Below, one piece after another: positions 28,787 through 41,040 of a DNA stretch of 64,000 nucleotides. The first letter of the stretch is position 1. Each line of letters starts with the position of its first letter. Both the position numbers and the translations under genes were made by a program. A model generated the notes under the pieces. The model saw nothing but the letters and a program-made list of their open reading frames with translations. It had not been told where the DNA came from and did no database searches. Source of the DNA: the human T2T-CHM13v2.0 reference genome, Homo sapiens; the NCBI RefSeq assembly GCF_009914755.1, contig NC_060927.1; one strand, given 5' to 3'.

Positions 28787-29436
28787 TGAGAATCTCAGAC
28801 ATTTTGCCTAGATAGATTTGTCCTAAAACTTACTTCCCTCTGCTTAATGTAAGTAAAATGAAAAAGGTCATTTTGTATAAGTGGTCCTTTTTTTTTTCAG
28901 CCTTATACTCCTGAGAATTTGTGGCAGTCCTGGGTTAAACGATGAAGGCTTCTTATTCTCATGTAGGTCTCACAGCCTCTTGTCTCCCTGAGTTTTAAAC
29001 ACATTGCATTACCTTTCCAGAGGTAAGATTAGGGTCAATAGTTTGAATTTGGGTTTCAGAGGGGAAAGACAGAGGACCTAATATTATTGATGGAGAGCTC
29101 CTTTGCAAAAAGGGGGTGGGAGGGAGAGAATGGTGTATCCAGCAAATCTCCAGGGTCTGCAGAGATTTAAAAATATGTAAAAAATATATATTTATATATA
29201 TATTAAGCTTGTAGCTTATGTCCTTTGGAATTGAAACACATGTTCTTTCACAAGGCAGCTTCCTGTGTCCCTGTCCTTTGGAAAATGCTGCCTCCTGGTC
29301 TGCTTGTGTGGAGAAAGAATGAGGAAGACAAGGAAATTAAGGAAGGACCTCTCATTATGTGAATATGGGATTTTGTTTCTAAATACAGATAGATTGTCCA
29401 ATCTTAAAAAACCCAAACTTGTGAAATGGGCTTTGA

Positions 29437-29843
<407 letters not shown>

Positions 29844-29864
29844 TCGAGTGTATTTTTCTACCTT

Positions 29865-30100
29865 TACAACATAGTGAAAAGCACCCAAACTTTAGAATTA
29901 CATAGATCTGGGTTCAAATTCTAGATTTATTGTTTAATAGTTATATGACTTTGGATAAGCTCTATAACCTCTTAGCTTGATTTTCCTCATTTATAAAATG
30001 TCAGAGAAAAATAGCACCCCTTGAGGTTGTCATGCAGTATAAATGAAGTACTATTTATCAGGTCTCAAGCATGAAGCTTGGCACACAGTGAAGTGGAACT
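29865..30100 (+). mobile_element. MIR SINE
   Basis: catagtgaaaagcac..tgggttcaaattct..tgactttggataag..tttcctcatttataaaatg..cttggcacacagt. Confidence 0.75.
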
Positions 30101-30558
30101 GTTGCTTCCTCAGACACGGTTCACATGGGCTAATATCTGCACTTTGCATAGCCCACTCTAAAGGAACGTATCACATTATCTTATATTTAGTTGTCCATGT
30201 GCCTGCCTCCCCACCAGAACACCTGTTTCTTTTTGTAGTTCAGAGCCTGACATACAGGTGCTCAGAATATAGTCATTGGATGGAAATTAAAAATAAAATA
30301 ACCTTTAGTAGTAACCTAATTTCCAGGCAATATTCTCTTTATCTGGAACCTTGACAAAACTTTTTTCTTTTTTTTTTTCTTTCCTTCCTTTTCTTTTCTT
30401 TCCTTCTTTCAGTTGTACATTTCCAATGCTGTTTTTTCTTTGGTAAAATGGAGTCCCTCTCTAGGGGCTGCTGTGAGGATTACATGACTCAAGTCTGTGA
30501 AGGGCTTTGCACAGGACCTGGTATAGTGCAGTTGCTTGGCAGGGGCCATGGAAGGGTG

Positions 30559-30676
30559 TTGAGACAGGGTCTCACTCTGTTGCCCAGACTGGTTTTGACC
30601 TCTTGGGCTCGAGCAATCCCCCTGCGTTAGCCTCCCATAGCACTGGGATTACAGGTGTGAGCCACCATGCCCAGCC
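30559..30676 (-). mobile_element. FLAM_C-like Alu monomer lacking a poly-A tail
   Basis: gagacagggtctcactctgttgcccagactgg..tgggctcgagcaatcc..gagccaccatgcccagcc. Confidence 0.85.
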
Positions 30677-31859
30677 TAGTGCAGATAATTGTGTAAGTGC
30701 TTCTGATAATTGTGTCCAACTTGTGTATTTGCTATTACAGAAGAACAGCTTTTGAGGTAATTTATGTTGAAATTTCTATCTCTTAAAAACATGTTTTCAT
30801 TACAAAACTAATACATGCTCACCGTTAAAAATTTGGCAAATATAGAAAATAGAGACTCCTCAGTCTAATGATTGGCTCCTTTCTGAGGCTTCTGTGGAGC
30901 AGATTTATGGTGGGCAACATTCTTCTTGCAAGGCATGAGAAAATTAGAAACCTGGACTGGAATACTCGCACAGAACCGCAGATGTAGAAATTCTCAAGCT
31001 TGGGCAGTCTAGACCTAGAGCACATGTCCTGGTAAAGCTCCTGAATTGGTTTGGAGAACCTAATCAATGATAGGCTTACCTACATGACACCTTTCATTCC
31101 AGTCAGCGTTTCTGAAGCCTGCCTTGGTGAAATCACAGCGTGGCTGCAGAACTGACATGGGCCCAATTGTCCTACCACTCGTAGCATCACCACCTGGACT
31201 CAGACAGCTTTGGCTACTGGTCCAGACACCTGGCTCTCAAGCCCTGATTTTGGTGAAGTTTGTCTAGTGTTGGTTTATAAAAGCCTATAGTGTCAGTAAG
31301 GTTCTGCCCACACTAATAACCCTACTCAACTAGTTACAGTTGTCTCATCAGCTGCTTTAAATACCTTCTCTCATTTTGGAGCACCTAACAACACAGAAAC
31401 CCAGCCCTGTCTCTCACTCAATGAACTGACCCTTTAGTGGTGGATCTAGTGACTGTGTATGGAAATGGCCCATATTAGCAGTGTGGCCACACACGTGCTT
31501 ATTGTCTTCTCTTTCTTTCCATAAGTGAGGAGCATCACTAAGGGTACACCAACAATTTTATTCTTTTGATTCAACATCAGAACTTCCAAAGTGGCCCTTC
31601 CTGTCCATCCCCGTTGTTTCAGTCTTCTTGAGGCCCTAACATGTGCTATCCTATAGGGTACTTCAACCCCGTTACAATCCACATTTTTCAGTCCAACTTC
31701 TTGGAAAAAAAGATGTAGCCAATACCCAGCTGCTGCAGTTTGCTGCCCAGGAGTTTATCACCATTGTCCATAAGTCCATGCTTCTCCAATGCTATTTTCT
31801 TTGCCAAGAATATTCTATCTCTTGGAAAAGTCCTGCTATTTTACCTAATCTGAATGTTG

Positions 31860-32090
31860 CTACGGTAAAATCTTAGTTGATTCTGGAAAACAGTTATCCA
31901 CTTCTTTCCAATGCTTTCAGAGCCCACAGTTTTGCCTCTTTTACTGCCCTTATAGTATGTTGTAATTATCTATTTATACATCTGTCTCCTCCCACTGGAA
32001 TGTGAGATTGTGGAAGCCAGCAATAGCTCATATTCGCGGGTGCATCCCCAGCCCCTAGCGCATAGTAGGCGTGTAGTGTTGATTGGAGGA
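31860..32090 (+). mobile_element. L2 3' fragment
   Basis: ttgtaattatctattta..tctgtctcctcccactggaatgtgag..tccccagcccctagcgcatagtaggc. Confidence 0.65.
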
Positions 32091-33327
32091 GTGACTAGTG
32101 ACTAGAATCAATGTTCTTTTGCTCATGGAAAATGGCTTTTAGGCTAATATGCTTTTGTGATTTAGCAAAAAATGATAAAGTTCAAAGTGGAAAAAAGTTT
32201 CCTAACCTGTTGTGACATACAGCAAGAGATTTTATTGCATATTTCTGTTTTTATCTGCCATATGGCTTTCCATTCACAAACTGCTCTAGTGAGAATTAGT
32301 TTTGCAGGTAATTTTCTAATGATTGTCTTGGGATAAACAAATTTATCAGACTTGTTTGGCTAATGTATTCAAGGAGGTTCACAGGGGAAAAGATTAATCA
32401 TCTAAGAAGCAAGCGGGTGTCTGTCATTAGGCGGAAGGGTCCAGAGAGATGATCGGAGCTGAGCGAGTGGTTGCTATGACTGCAGATACCTTTCTCTCCC
32501 TTTGTGAGGTCAACAGCAGCTCCCAAGCTGATTGGCTAAAATTAGATTATCCTGCTGACCAACTATGGGAAGTTAATTTCATCAGAAAGAGAAAAATGGT
32601 AGGAAATCCTGCTGTGATGCTACAAAGGAATTTTCTTTAGAAACCCAGAGTCCAAGTTTGCTTTCATTATAATTAATATGTTCCGTCTAATAAAATAATT
32701 TAAGGGAAGCAGACAATAGCATTAGTCTATTATTTTGTATATCCATATAAGCTTTAATCTTGTTTGTCCTAAAACCAACTCTCAAAGTTAAAGTTACCTT
32801 TATTTTCCTGTAAATACCTTCCATAACCAAAGACTGTAATCGTGTATGTGTTTATATAATTGGAGATAGGCTAATTGTGAAAAATACAAAAGGAGCTGGC
32901 ACAATTAAAGGTATCTGCTTACAGGGCTCTTGCCCTAGGGAAATAGTAGGCACAAAAAACTTTAAGCAGAATCATTTACCTTTGGATTGAGAGCATAGTT
33001 TTAATTGAATTTGAATAGAATTCTGCCTTCCAAAGGGTTCTGTCCCTGTAAGTCTTATACTGCCTACCCTCTGGCTTTCCACCTGGTAAATCCTTTGTTC
33101 TGGAAATTAATCACCACTGACCTGGCTTATTACATTTATTTCTGTACAGAGAAAATACAGACGTAGTTCATCTTATGAAAAAGAATGTTGTCTGTTTGCA
33201 GGCTCTACTGAGTTATAAAACTAAGTGGATGTAAAACACAAACCAAAGAAAACCAACCCAAAGATTTAAAAAAATTTTTTTTTGTTCTTTTGTGACTATG
33301 GAAATAAAATATGATTAAGAAAGAATC

Positions 33328-33445
33328 TGAAATAATTTGTACCTCAAACAACGATGTCACAAGTTTACCTGTATAGCAAACCTGCACATGTACCCCTGAC
33401 CCTGAAATAAATGGTAAAAAAAAAAACACAAAAAACAGAAAAACA
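33328..33445 (+). mobile_element. Old L1PA (PA13-16-like) 3' end
   Basis: tgaaataatttgtac..caagtttacctgtatagcaaacctgcacatgtacccctga..aaataaa followed by an A-rich tail. Confidence 0.85.
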
Positions 33446-33899
33446 GCTAACATTTATGGAATTCTGGAATTCTGGATACTCTACATGCTTCTATCTATAT
33501 GATTGCCAAATCAACATGTTTTAAAAATTAAATCAACCTATTGAGATACATTTGGTTGCATGCTGAAGGGCTAATGAGAGGGACTCAAGATGCCCCTTTC
33601 CTGAGAGCCATGGTCGGGGGATTGGAGATGAGCATGTATGTATAAAAGGTAGTGATGCACTCCAGGCAAAATAAAAACATTACTAACAATCATTTCAAAA
33701 AGGAAGCACTATGGGAATTCCTAGGAAGAGAGAGTGAGACTACAATGGCTGAAATGATCCAGTTTCGGATATTTCTTAGAGAAGACTGGGTAGAGAGATG
33801 AAGAGATCACCATCACGATGTATATTAATGTTACACATCATTGAGGATTTGGGAAACAAAGACAAAACACCATAGTTCCATTGCCCTCATAATAATCAC

Positions 33900-34110
33900 T
33901 ATATTAATCACATCTATTGAGTGCTTATCCTATTTCAGCCACAGCACTCATTTACCTCCCCACAATACTCCTCTGAAATGAGTTATTATTTTTATCACTA
34001 TTATTGCATTGTAATTAATGTGAGGAAGTTGAGCCATAGAGATTAATCCATCTAAATTCACACTGTTAATAAACTGGGGAGCCAAAATTCAAATCTAGTT
34101 CCTCTTGTTA
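33900..34110 (-). mobile_element. MIR SINE
   Basis: tattgagtgctta..tgaggaagttgagcc..gagccaaaattcaaatctag. Confidence 0.6.
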
Positions 34111-36834
34111 GCATTTTTTGCACGAGTCTCTGCTTGTTTTGCATGAGTGTTATTACAATCTTCATTTTTTGTTACTTTTTCACTTATGTTATTGTATAAA
34201 TCTAATGATCATTTTTGATAGCTACATAATATTTCATTGAGTTATTTGTACCACCAGTTACTCAACATTCCATTATTGCTGAACTTTAGTATTTTCAAAT
34301 TTTGACATTTTCTGAATAAGATATTTTTCTGTTTATATTAAGGCTATCATATAACCCATATTATAGGGTTAATTTATAAAGTTGAAAGGACTCTTTGAAA
34401 AACAATGTTGTCAAATTCTCTTTTGTCAATAATACCAGGGCACTCAATGTACTGCATTCTTGACAGCTTGGAAGAATCATTAAAAAAGCAAAAACATAAA
34501 AAAAAAAATTAAAAATGTTGATTGATAGGCAACAATAAGCTTCCTGTTTTATGCTTTTCCTGGTCACTAAATAATTTATGTATTTGTTAAAGCATATTTA
34601 TTGAGCACCTCTTGGTCTTGTGATATATTAGTGGGCAGCATAGATAAGTGATGATATATCTGTTTCCTAATTCTATTCAAATATTTTTTTTCAGATAGGA
34701 CATTTTAAGTATCACTATTATAGTATGTGGGAGGAAGATGATTAGAAGGGAGAAAGATTTCAGGGAAACCAAGTTCAGATACTATCTTAATAGAATGGCT
34801 AGATAAGTATTCCACGACCAAACAATTTTAAAAAGGGAAAAGTGGGTGCACAAAACATATAGGATCACAAACTCTTATGAGTTATCTCAATGTTCTAGTG
34901 GAATTTCCTTATAATGACATTATTAAAAGTCTCCATCCCAGGCTATTGGATTTAATAAGAATTTTGTAGATGCATGTGAGAAACTTTCAGCTCGCATTTT
35001 CATGTATTTCTTTCTCTTCCTATCTTTTAATACTGTGGCTGTTGGGTAGTGGTGTTGTATAGCTTCACATTTGGGTTACATTTTCAAGTAGGAGTGATGT
35101 GGTTGTGGTGAGAGATGTTGAAATTTGAGTTGTGATGGCATATGAATAGACCTAAGATAGCTTTATCTCATGGTCCCTTAGGGTAGAAGGGGAGAGGTTG
35201 TCATCCATCCTCCCACTACTTGCAATAATGCAAGCATCATATAGCCAGATAGTTTGGTTCTAGAGTATGGCTGTCACACAGCCAAGGGCTGTTTGAAAGT
35301 GGGTGTATGGTCACACAATTGATTCCTGTCGTTTTAGAGAATGGATTGTATTGAAACCAACCATAGTCTATGTTTCTGCAGATCATTATTTGAGACAAAC
35401 ATAGCTTGCAAAACAAAATATTTGTTCATTCAGAGGTCATGCATGCTAGGTTATTTAGCTCAGTACTTACTGCAAAGTAAGTGATCAATAAATATTTGTT
35501 ACTTTTGTCATTTATATTTTTATTCATGTTAAATTTGCTGAAGTGTGATTTTTTTCCTCTTCATATTCCAAAGGCATCTAGAAGTGAAAGGGAAAAAGGA
35601 ATAGCATCAGAGATGAAAGAGAAGGAAGGATCAAGGGGGGAGCTATTTTTAAGACTGGGCTGCTGCTCTGAAGTGCATAGGAAGAAACAAGAAGAATAAA
35701 GAGACTGATGATGAGGGCAGAGGAGAGATCAACGGTTAACTGTGTAGAGTTGTGGGAGCAGGTGGAGGGTCCTGGACAGGAAGAACAGTTTAGTGGAAAA
35801 CTAAAGAAATGTTAGCAAGCCAGGGCTCTGAAATCATGATGAAATTTAGCATGCCTTAGGCTAGGCACTATTCTGTTTCTAAAGCCATGAGGTATGGAAG
35901 GCCATACTTGCTCTCTATTGCATGCCAGGTTGTGCAAGGATTTGCAATTGAAAACAAATTGCCTTATTGCTAGAGAGAAATTAAAGACTGGAGTGAGCTT
36001 GGGAATGACAGGCTGATAAACAATTATTTTGTTTCCTTGAAAGCAAGATTACTGGCTAAATGTTGAAATTTCAGTTAACTAACTGCACAGTGGGCCACAT
36101 GGCTTGTTATGCATAAGAAGCAAATGGAAAGGTCCAGCCATGATTGTGATCCTGGTCTGACAAGGTGGCAAAGGCCAAATGGACTCCTTTTATGCTGAGC
36201 ACTTCCTGGAAGGAAAAGGCTGATGATTTCTCTGTCCTCCTCTGAGAAGTTTGCTTAATTTTGTCTGAGCCCCTAAGGAGGGAGGGGCAACATCTAACTG
36301 GTTTGTGGGCATACAAGTTGATCAGGGCCTACAAAGAGGATTGGCAGGCAGAGTCTCCACAGACCAAATTGTGTCTCAGCCGATACAGAGCACTACCAAG
36401 TCACTGCGTGTGTGGTTGTGTCAGTGTCTGCTACAGGAAGGGACTCTGTGGTGGGCTCAGGACTGGGACATTGCCAACCATCCACGTGGCTCAAAGCAAG
36501 TCCCTTCATCCTGCAGGGGTCCAGCTTTATATATATGTAAGGTAAGGGCACTGGACAAAGAGCCTTCTGGGTGCTAAGAGTCACGACCTAAATATACCTG
36601 TAGTACATGGGCCTTGAGGATTGTTGGGTCCACAGAAATGTTGGCTGAAATGGGAGGAATAAGATAATTTCCAATTGTATTTTCTCTGGCCCAGAGAAAT
36701 TTTTTAACCTTTTCCTTGCTTCTGTGTTGTAGCCTATTAGATAGTTTCAATTAGTTCTTCCCTATTGTACAGTAATTGTTTATCTGTCTTGACTGTGAGC
36801 TATTTAAGAACAGGGACAGAATTTTTCTTGTAAC

Positions 36835-37465
36835 TTATTTAGTTTTGAAGAAGTAGTATATTTACATGATTCAGAAGGTACAAAAGGGAAAACAGTAAAG
36901 TCTTCTTCCCTCAGCAACCCATTTCCCCTTCCTATTGGCAATCAAAGTTATTGTTGTCTTGTGTATACTTGCAGTTGTCTTATGCATGCACAGACAAAAA
37001 TATATGTACTATATTCACCTTCCTTCTGTTCCCAATACCTTTTGTGGACAAATACTAGTTAGTACTTGTTCCACATTTTCTGCTTTCTGCTTAATGCTAT
37101 ATAGTGAAGATATTTTTACATATTATGTAATGAATTACCTCAGTCTTTTTTATAGCTGCATGGTATTCCATTTTGTGTATATGTCACAATTTATTTAAAA
37201 CAGTCTCAATTTGATATTTAGGTTGTTTTTAATCTTGTGATATTATAAATAATACTGTAATAAATAATCATGATTTTGCAGGGGTATGTGTGTGTGTGTG
37301 TGTGTGTGTGTGAAAATTTCTAGTAGTAGAATTTTTGGGTCAGGTATATATGCATTTTCAATTCTAATAGATATTGTCAAATTGCTTTTTATAGAAGTTG
37401 CCTCAGTTGACAGCCTTACCAGTAAAATTCAGAGTGCCTGTTTTTCTACGCTTTCACTAACATAA
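36835..37465 (-). mobile_element. L1MC/L1ME-type 3' fragment containing (TG)n
   Basis: tttacatgattca..ggtacaaaaggg, tagctgcatggtattccatt, atttaggttgtttt, gatattgtcaaattgct. Confidence 0.75.
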
Positions 37466-37607
37466 TTGTGTATCTCGATGGGAACCTGAACTCTTGCAGG
37501 GGCTTGGGTTCTTCGATTAGGAAGATCAGCCAAATCTATCCACTTGCGATTAGTACGTGTTCTCCAGCATTGCTGCCTCTTATCCTCCCACCTCCTACTT
37601 GTGGCAA

Positions 37608-37631
37608 GGGGGAGGGGGAGGGGGAGGGAGG

Positions 37632-37673
<42 letters not shown>
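37608..37673 (+). repeat. (GGGGGA)n/(GGGA)n/(GA)n polypurine tract
   Basis: Directly visible. Confidence 0.95.
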
Positions 37674-37677
<4 letters not shown>

Positions 37678-37999
37678 GTGCTAATGAGACAAGTGGCAGA
37701 TAAGTTCCTAAAATGTGATTTGGGAAATGCCAATGGGGTCTCTCCTTCACAGATACTTATCCCATCAATTTAATTTGATTTTTTTAAGATTCCACATTTG
37801 AATTCATTCCTTTGCTTAAGATTTTGTCTCTTATCAAAACATAACTGATTAAGTCTTATCAGTCATTTGCACCCTACTATGAATTATTTCCACCGTAAGC
37901 AGTTTTGCTGCGCAGGAAGTCAGGGAGAAAGATGGGAAGGAAAAGATTCTGAAAAGGCAGATGAGAGAATATTCAAATGTCACCTATTTAACAATTTTA

Positions 38000-38420
38000 G
38001 CTACGTCTACTGTCTCATTAGAGACATCTCTCTAAAACCAATTTTGGTCATGTCATTTTCCTGCTTAATGTACTTCCACGACCCTCACCACTTTTAGGAT
38101 CAAAGATACATTTAGCATGGCATGCAAGGCCTTTCACAGTCTGGTTTCTGTTGACTGTTACAGCTTCTTCTCTTTTAGTCTTGGCCCTTTGAACCACAGT
38201 TACAGTTAGCTTCTTGCTACCTCGGAAGTGAATGATTACCCTGTGTATCCTTTACCACCTTTCCTAATTTGAACTCTGAAGGCCATTCTGAGGGCTTCCT
38301 AAAACATTTGTGCCTACTTCCATCCAAGCAGAACTTCTTCAGCATTATAATTTCTCTTAAATTAATTGTTGTTAGTTTAATTCCTATCTCTTAATAGACT
38401 ATAAGCCTCTAGTAGGCAGG
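38000..38420 (+). mobile_element. L2 fragment
   Basis: ggtcatgtcattttcctgctt..ttagcatggcatgcaaggcctttcac..tagactataagcctc..ggcagga. Confidence 0.6.
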
Positions 38421-38441
38421 AAGTTTTTTTTTTGTCAAATC

Positions 38442-39484
38442 TTTTTTTTCCATAGGTTATCGGGGTACAAGGTAGTGTTTGGTTACATTAGTGAGATTTT
38501 TAGTGGTGATTTGTGAGATTTTGGTGCACCCATCACCCGAGTAGTATAGACTGCACCCTATTTGTAATCTTTTATCCCTTGCCCCCTGTATTAGTCCGTT
38601 TTCATGCTGCCAAGACATACCTGAGACTGGAAATAAAAAGAGGTTTAATTGGACTTACAGTTCCACATGGATGGAGAGGCCTCAGAATCATGGCAGGAGG
38701 CAAAAGGCACTTCTTACATGGCAGCGGCAAGAGAAAAATGAAGAAGATGCATAAGCGGAAACCCCCAATAAAATCGTCAGAACTTATGAGACTTATTCAC
38801 TACCATGAGAACAGTATTGGGGAAACCGCCCCCATGATTCAAATTATTTCCCACTGGGTCCCTCCCAGAACATGTGGGAATTATGGGAGCACAATTCACA
38901 ATGAGATTGGGGTGCGGACACAGAGTTGAACCATATCACCCCTCTCCCAACCTTCCTCCCAAGTCTCCAAAGTCCATTGTATCATTCTTATGCCTTGGTG
39001 TCCTCATAGCTTAGCTCCCACATATCAGTGAGAATATACAATGTTTGGTTTTCCATTCCTGAGTTATTTCAGTTAGAATAATAGTCTCCAATCTTATCCA
39101 GGTCACTGCAAATGTCATTAATTCATTCCCTTTTTATGGCTGTGTAGTATCCCATTGTAAATATATACCACAGTTTCTTTATCCACTCATTGATTGATGG
39201 GCATTTGGGTTGGTTCCATGATTCTGCAATTGCAAATTGTGCTGCTATAAGCATGTGTGTGCAAGTATCTTTTTTGTATAAAGACTTCTTTTCCTCTGGG
39301 TAGACACCTAGTAGTAAGATTGCTGGATCAAATGGTAGTTCTACTTTTAGTTCTTTATCTTCTTTTAGTTTTTCTTTCTTTTAGTTCATTGTGGTTTTGA
39401 TTTGCATTTCCCTGATCATTAGTTATGTTGAGCATTTTTTCATATGTTTGTTGGCCATTTGTATATCTTCTTTTGAGAATTGTC
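38442..39484 (-). mobile_element. L1PB (L1PB1-like) 3' end, interrupted by THE1
   Basis: ccataggttatcggggtaca..tttagtggtgatttgtgagattttggtgcacccatcacccgag; aagtccattgtatcattcttatgcc; atagtctccaatcttatccagg. Confidence 0.92.
38587..38938 (-). mobile_element. THE1 (THE1A-like) solo LTR
   Basis: tgtattagtccgttttcatgctgc..gaggtttaattggacttacagttcc..cacttcttacatggc..aaccatatca; 5-bp TSD ccccc/cccct. Confidence 0.93.
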
Positions 39485-39702
39485 AATAGCTGTGACATAA
39501 TTAAACTAAAGAGGTTTCTGCAACAAAAGAAACAGTCAGCAGAGTAAACAAACAACCCACAGAGTGGGAGAAAATGTTCATAATCTATACATCCAACAAA
39601 GGACTAATATCCAGAATCTACAAGGAACTCAAACAAATCAGCAAGAAAAAAAATCCCATCAAAAATTGGGCTAAGGACATGAATAGACAATTCTCAAAAG
39701 AA
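39485..39702 (+). mobile_element. L1PB ORF2 fragment, inverted relative to the 3' end
   Basis: Translates [40 protein letters not shown] (ORF2p). Confidence 0.92.
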
Positions 39703-40123
39703 CAGCCTTCATCCCTAGATCTTCCCTCTGACAGAGCCTATACAAATGAGAAGGAACCAGAAAACTAACTCTGGTAATATGACAAAACAAGGCTCTTCAA
39801 CACCCCCCAAAAAATCACACTAGTTCACCAGCAATGGATCCAAACCAAGAAGAAATCCCTGATTTACCTGAAAAAGAAGTCAGGAGGTTAGTTATTAAGC
39901 TAATCAGGGAGGCACCAGAGAAAGGCGAAGCCCAGTGCAAAGAAATCCAAAACACGATACAAGAAGTGAAGGGAGAAATAGTCAAGGAAATACCCAGCAT
40001 AAAGAAAAAACAATCAAAACTTCAGAAACAATGGACACACTTATAGAAAGGCAAAATGATCTGGAAAGTCTCAGCAATAGAATTGCGCAAGTAGAAGAAA
40101 TAAATTCAGAGCTCGAAGACAAG
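39703..40123 (+). mobile_element. L1PB 5'UTR end / ORF1 N-terminal fragment
   Basis: atgagaaggaaccagaaaac..; MDPNQEEIPDLPEKEVRRLVIKLIREAPEKGEAQCKEIQ resembles the L1PB ORF1p coiled coil; frameshifted. Confidence 0.88.
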
Positions 40124-40380
40124 GGACCAGTCCATGTCACAACTCTTTAACCATCTTTTTCCAAATATTATTTCCTGTGATCTTTTGAAAGTTGATGGAT
40201 AGTTCACCAGACTAAGCTCAAATTGATTTGGCTTTCAGTTGAAATGAGGCAAGCTAAAGAACAGAATATCTTTAATTAGCAATATCATGGTTTATATAAA
40301 CCCAACAAGGCCTCATATCATTTTGGTACTAGGATAATGTTTTTCTTAACGTCATAACATTAGTAAAATTGATCCGTAAT

Positions 40381-40381
<1 letters not shown>

Positions 40382-40420
<39 letters not shown>
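40382..40420. repeat. (TG)n microsatellite
   Basis: Directly visible. Confidence 0.95.
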
Positions 40421-40423
<3 letters not shown>

Positions 40424-40484
40424 TTTATGTAATTTGAGTGTTGGCTAGGATAGCTGCCGAAGTTTATAGCAATGTCAGGGTAGG

Positions 40485-41040
40485 ATTAAATTGGTATATA
40501 GTCCAGACTGCCCAGTTTTGAATCCTGGCTTCATAACTAGCTTTATGACTCTTGATGCACAACAAGACATTCCTTGATCTCCTCAGAGGATTGGTTTCAG
40601 GACCCCCAGCAGATACCAAAATCCACAGATACTCAAGCTCCTTACATAAAATGATGTAGTGTTTGCATATAACCTATGCACATCCTCCATATACTTTAAA
40701 TCATCTATAGATTACTCATAGTACCCAATATAATGTAAAATATAGTTATTATACCATATTGTTTATTATTTGTATTGTTTTTGAAGATTGTATTATTATT
40801 TATTTATATTTTTTCAAATATTTTCGATCCATGGTTGGTTGAATCCTTAATTGTGGTACCCATGGATACAGAGGGCCCACTGAACTTAACATTTCTGTCA
40901 TTTGTGTTATCTTCTGTAAATGGGCTGAAGATAATAGTAAGACCTTCATGGATTTTTTTAAGGATGAAATGAGTTAATATATGTAAAGCGCTTTCACCAG
41001 AACTTGGCACATAGTAAATGTCCAATATATGTTAGCCACT
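40485..41040 (+). mobile_element. MIR split by MER2
   Basis: ccagactgcccagttttgaatcctggc..actagc | acttaac..ctgtaaatggg..aaatgagttaatatatgtaaagcgct..ttggcacatagtaa. Confidence 0.8.
40562..40882. mobile_element. MER2 (Tigger-family) DNA transposon
   Basis: ggattggtttcaggaccccc..gataccaaaatccacagatactcaag..tttgcatataacctatgcacatcctcc..gatccatggttggttgaatcc..cccatggatacagagggcccactg. Confidence 0.9.

Noticed and set aside
30534-30550. catggcccctgc(caag) on minus resembles part of U6 snRNA next to a FLAM
   Set aside because: Only a 12-nt exact match, and the arrangement is unlike known U6 chimeras; probably chance
36505-36547. Possible micro-exon (ctgcag|..aag|gtaagg)
   Set aside because: Short polypyrimidine tract and no independent support
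39834-40150. Coiled-coil ORFs as a possible domesticated ORF1
   Set aside because: Broken by stops and frameshifts; ordinary L1PB ORF1 remnant
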